Source of the DNA: Pseudomonadota bacterium
Lineage (GTDB): Bacteria; Bdellovibrionota_B; Oligoflexia; Silvanigrellales; Silvanigrellaceae
Assembly: GCA_039799905.1 (NCBI GenBank)
Contig: JBDLRP010000011.1
Coordinates: forward strand, 1-39,230
Reading direction: 5' to 3'
Length of the DNA stretch: 39,230 nt
The translations under genes were made by a program, and so were the position numbers. The number at the start of each line of letters is the position of its first letter. The stretch's first letter is position 1. This document shows, one piece after another, positions 35,811 through 39,230 of this stretch. The notes under the pieces were generated by a model. The model saw only the letters and a list, made by a program, of their open reading frames with translations, made no database searches and was not told the origin of the DNA.

Positions 35811-37094
35811 TCAGGCCTTTGCGGCCTGAACTTCGATCTTGGCCAGACCCACAAGATGCTTGAGCACCTTGTCGACAAGAACCTTGCCGCGGAACTCTTC
35901 AATCACCTGCTGACCATAGTTGCGCAGAAGATCCTGCGGACGCATTCCAGCTTGCATTGCAAAGTTTGTCAGCTCCTGTCCGACTTCACGATCATCCACA
36001 GTCAGGCCTTCCTGACGTGCGATGTGGCCAAGTGCGAGAACTCCCTTCACTTCGCTCAACGCCCATTCGCGATACTCGTTGCGTACCTTCTCGTCATTGC
36101 TGTCAAGCTGCTGGCCTTTTTCGCGACGGCTGTTGGCGTCTGCGATGGCGCGGTCGATGGTTCCCTCAATCAGGCTCTCGGGCACGTCGAAGGTGTTCTT
36201 TGCCAGAATCTGCTTGATGATTTCGTCCTTGAACTTGGCCACCTTGTTGCGGTCGTTCATGGATTCGATCTGGTTGCGCATTGCCGAACGCAGAGCGTCG
36301 AGGTTTTCGGCTCCAAAGCGCTTTGCAAACTCGTCGTCGAGCTTGGTCAAATCAAAAACGCGGATGGAGTTCAGACGGACACTGAATTCGGCCGTCTTGC
36401 CCTTGAGGTTTTCATCGCTGACGGTGTCAGGGTAGTTGACCGAGATCTTTTTGCTGTCACCGGTTTTCATGCCGATGATGCCTGTCTCGAGCTCAGGCAG
36501 CGTGCTGCCGTCGAGGTGCAGGGTCACGTCCTTGGCAGAGCGTTCGCCGAGTTCCTTGCCGTCAACGCTGATGGAATAGTCGACCTTCACTGCATCCTGC
36601 TTTGCTGCAGCGCGACCAGAAGTTTCTTCGGCCAGCTGACCGGCATCGGCCGCGAGCTGACGCAGCGTGCGATTGAGCTGCTCATCGAGCTCCGGTTCCT
36701 TTTCTGCAGTGGTCAGCAGAAGTTCCTTATAGCCTTGGATCTCAACCTTTGGGTTGATGTCGACAGTGGCCGTGAAGGTGAACTGTTTACCTTCTTCAAA
36801 TTGACCCTCGACGTCGATCATAGGGAAGCTGACGATCTGAAAATCGACCGTCTTGATGGCTTCACCGTAGGAATCATTCACTGCTTTTTCGTAGGCCTTC
36901 TTGGCCACGTCCTGAGCAAAGAATTTGCGCACGAGAGCCGGCGGTACTTTGCCTTTGCGGAAGCCTTTGATTTCGGCAGACTGCTGAATTTCGCTCACGG
37001 CGGAATCAAATGCCGACTTCACAGAAACGGATGGAACTTCGATGCGAAACTTGCGGCGGGTTGAATTGATTTCTTCGATCTGTGGTGTCGTCAT
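35811..37094 (-). CDS. tig: Trigger factor
   Basis: Ribosome-binding signature KGFRKGKVP, an FKBP-like middle domain and a C-terminal chaperone domain. Confidence 0.96.
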   Translation of the reverse strand: MTTPQIEEINSTRRKFRIEVPSVSVKSAFDSAVSEIQQSAEIKGFRKGKVPPALVRKFFAQDVAKKAYEKAVNDSYGEAIKTVDFQIVSFPMIDVEGQFEEGKQFTFTATVDINPKVEIQGYKELLLTTAEKEPELDEQLNRTLRQLAADAGQLAEETSGRAAAKQDAVKVDYSISVDGKELGERSAKDVTLHLDGSTLPELETGIIGMKTGDSKKISVNYPDTVSDENLKGKTAEFSVRLNSIRVFDLTKLDDEFAKRFGAENLDALRSAMRNQIESMNDRNKVAKFKDEIIKQILAKNTFDVPESLIEGTIDRAIADANSRREKGQQLDSNDEKVRNEYREWALSEVKGVLALGHIARQEGLTVDDREVGQELTNFAMQAGMRPQDLLRNYGQQVIEEFRGKVLVDKVLKHLVGLAKIEVQAAKA

Positions 37095-37240
37095 GGAATT
37101 GCTCTCACTTCCAACGGGGTTTCAATCTGGCCGCACAAGACACTCGTCCTGCCGGACCTGAACTTCTATCAAACGCTCTTGCTTAATCCACGTCACAACG
37201 CTTGGCAACGCAGTGACCCATGCTTTTCTTTGGTTTTGAT

Positions 37241-37792
37241 TTATTTTGGAGCAAAAGAAACAAGACTTTCCCACACGCGGGCGCGCCATTCAGGAAACGC
37301 CTCGAGCTCCCTGACGTCTGGCAGGACAAGTATTTCCAACGAACCCAAACCATCAGCCTCGCACAGCAAGGGCTGAAATGCCTCGGGCGGAATGGCGAAT
37401 GGTTGCCCCACGACCACCGACAAAACATGCGCCGCACGCCATCCGAAACACGCGATTCTGTGCACACCGCCCTCCTCAATCAGAGCACGCAGACGGGCAA
37501 CGCTCGCCTCGTCAACCGGATCGCATTGCGGCGACTTTGGTTGGCCTTCGACAGAGGCACACAACTGAACACTTCCTCCCCAAGCGAGACGCTCGATCAA
37601 ACGCCGCAGAATCGGCGGAGCGACTTCCTGAGCAGCGGAGGGAGTCCAAAAATCATACAGAAAGAGACTTGCCCCGCTGCCGCTCGAAACATGCGCGGCA
37701 CGCGGCAGAGGTTTGGGCAAACGTTGCACACCCGCAGCTCTCAGGGCATAGTAAATCTCCAAGATTTGCTTCACAGAAGGTTTTTCTGCCAT
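37241..37792 (-). CDS. Hypothetical protein, possibly a degenerate uracil-DNA-glycosylase-like fold
   Basis: Clean ORF. RIACFGWRAAHVL and C-terminal PEWRARVWESL resemble structural segments of UDG family 4. No catalytic motifs seen. Confidence 0.55.
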   Translation of the reverse strand: MAEKPSVKQILEIYYALRAAGVQRLPKPLPRAAHVSSGSGASLFLYDFWTPSAAQEVAPPILRRLIERLAWGGSVQLCASVEGQPKSPQCDPVDEASVARLRALIEEGGVHRIACFGWRAAHVLSVVVGQPFAIPPEAFQPLLCEADGLGSLEILVLPDVRELEAFPEWRARVWESLVSFAPK

Positions 37793-37830
37793 TTGGTCCG
37801 CACCCCTTCCACGTTGCGCAGGGTTTAATC

Positions 37831-39230
37831 ATGCTTTTGAATGGCCTGAACTTAACAGACGACGAAAAGCTCTTCCAAAAATCGCTCGAGCCAATGCGCG
37901 CTATCCTGACCCGACAAGTCCGCTCACCTGTAACGTCGCAACGGGTGATGCGCAACTGTGCAATCCTCGATAAGTTTGCCGAAAAAATTCGCGAAAACGA
38001 AGACAAACTGGCGCGAATGATGGTGGAACAAACGCACAGGCCCCTGTCTGCGTGTCTGACCGAGGTCAAACGCTCCGTCCAGACGCTTGAAAAAACCCGA
38101 GATGCTGCGCATCGTTTGTGCGAACCGCGGGCTTACGACTTTTCAGATGCGCTGCAGGGCGCACACACCGCCATGTCGCAGCGCTTTACCTTTGCCCCAC
38201 TGTTCGCCATCACACCGTTCAATTTTCCCCTCAATCTGACCCTGCACAAAATCGCTCCGGCTATCGCTCTCGGATTGCCGTTTATATGTAAGCCTCCATT
38301 GCAGGGCCTCGAACTCTTCGCACTCATCAGCGATTGGCTGTGCGAGGCGGGCGCCGAAAAGGATTCCTTCGCCTTCTATTTTGTCAGCAACGAAGGCGCC
38401 GCCAAAGCTCTTGAACGCCTGCCTGCGCCACTCATCAGCTTTACCGGCAGCCGCAAAGTGGGCTTCGAACTCCGACAAAAATATTGGGACCGCAAACTCA
38501 TTCTCGAGCTTGGCTCGACGGCGCTCAGCCTTGTGTGCGGCGATGTTCCCAAATGGGAACTCGAACGCCTGAGTCAGGACCTCGCCCGCAGCGGCTTCGG
38601 AAATTCAGGCCAGTCGTGCATCTCGCTGCAGCATCTGTTGCTCGAAAACGAGATCTGTGACGACCTTGTCGCACATCTCAAACACACGGCGGCGGGCATC
38701 GCGCGCGAACGCAACCCGCAGTCACCGGACACGCTTTCGGGTCCTCTGGTGGGTCGTGCCGCCTTTGAGAAGACCATGCAGCTGCTCAATCAGGCTCTCG
38801 AGTGCGGCGCACAGGTCTGGAGTGCCGGCGAGCACAATCCGAGCGAACACCACATCGCACCGACGCTGGTTATCTACCCCAACACACAGGGCAAAACCCT
38901 CGAACAAATACAGCTGACCCGCGAAGAAGTCTTTGCACCGGTCATTTGCATCCATCGCGTTCCGTCCAACACAACGACAGAGAAACTCAACGACGTCCTA
39001 CAAAAGTTTGATGCCAACATCCATTCGTCGATTTTCACATACCAGAGCAAACGCGCCCGCCAATTCTATGAGTCTATTCCCTCGCGTACTGTCTTGTGGA
39101 ACGAAATCCCGAGCTGGCGTGCCGACGAAATGCCCTACGGCGGGGTCGGCCTGACGTGGTCGGATGGTCACTTGCAAAACGCCGGTCTTCTGGGTGATGA
39201 AGGCCCCTACCAGACAATGCTGGAGCTGAC
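37831..39230 (+). CDS. Aldehyde dehydrogenase family protein (runs off the window end; not in the ORF track)
   Basis: Manual translation from ATG 37831 gives AITPFNFPLNL...HKIAPAIA...KP, ISFTGS, LILELG, GNSGQSCIS (catalytic Cys), EEVFAPV and WRADEMPYGGV. Confidence 0.93.
   Translation, partial: MLLNGLNLTDDEKLFQKSLEPMRAILTRQVRSPVTSQRVMRNCAILDKFAEKIRENEDKLARMMVEQTHRPLSACLTEVKRSVQTLEKTRDAAHRLCEPRAYDFSDALQGAHTAMSQRFTFAPLFAITPFNFPLNLTLHKIAPAIALGLPFICKPPLQGLELFALISDWLCEAGAEKDSFAFYFVSNEGAAKALERLPAPLISFTGSRKVGFELRQKYWDRKLILELGSTALSLVCGDVPKWELERLSQDLARSGFGNSGQSCISLQHLLLENEICDDLVAHLKHTAAGIARERNPQSPDTLSGPLVGRAAFEKTMQLLNQALECGAQVWSAGEHNPSEHHIAPTLVIYPNTQGKTLEQIQLTREEVFAPVICIHRVPSNTTTEKLNDVLQKFDANIHSSIFTYQSKRARQFYESIPSRTVLWNEIPSWRADEMPYGGVGLTWSDGHLQNAGLLGDEGPYQTMLEL

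Noticed and set aside
35856..37064. 402-aa plus-strand ORF
   Set aside because: Antisense shadow of the strongly codon-biased tig gene.
37095..37240. Possible tRNA upstream of tig (a common location)
   Set aside because: No cloverleaf, T-loop (GTTCRA) or CCA end visible.
1..39230. CRISPR array, IS element, integrase or prophage
   Set aside because: No regularly spaced repeats and no transposase, integrase or phage proteins recognised by eye.

Overview
A 39.2 kb bacterial chromosomal segment. The protein styles suggest Bdellovibrionota/Oligoflexia or a related deltaproteobacteria-like lineage (inference only). The left and right flanks are mostly housekeeping: lpdA-sucB divergent from engB-trmL-ABC transporter-sucA, a DsbA-family protein, an acyltransferase, esterase-hflX-hypothetical-murB, a cysteine desulfurase/rhodanese fusion with an MnmC-type methyltransferase, tig, and a 3'-truncated aldehyde dehydrogenase missing from the ORF track. 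The centre (about 21-32 kb) is an accessory cell-envelope region. It holds six predicted lipoproteins (one monoheme, one diheme, one ADP-ribosyltransferase-like, one with a lysozyme-like AEGT motif, two unknown), a stand-alone HisKA-like protein coupled to a sigma54 NtrC-type activator, and a translationally coupled gene pair. That pair is a VWA/MIDAS surface protein with a MYXO-CTERM-like Cys/TM/Arg tail plus a beta-barrel-OmpA protein, recalling the myxobacterial TraA/TraB recognition and outer-membrane-exchange architecture; it is the best candidate for an undescribed system. The first, 5'-truncated ORF ends in a cytochrome c-like module with a contracted CXCH motif that aligns with both heme modules of the diheme lipoprotein. 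No rRNA, tRNA, CRISPR array or mobile element was recognised.
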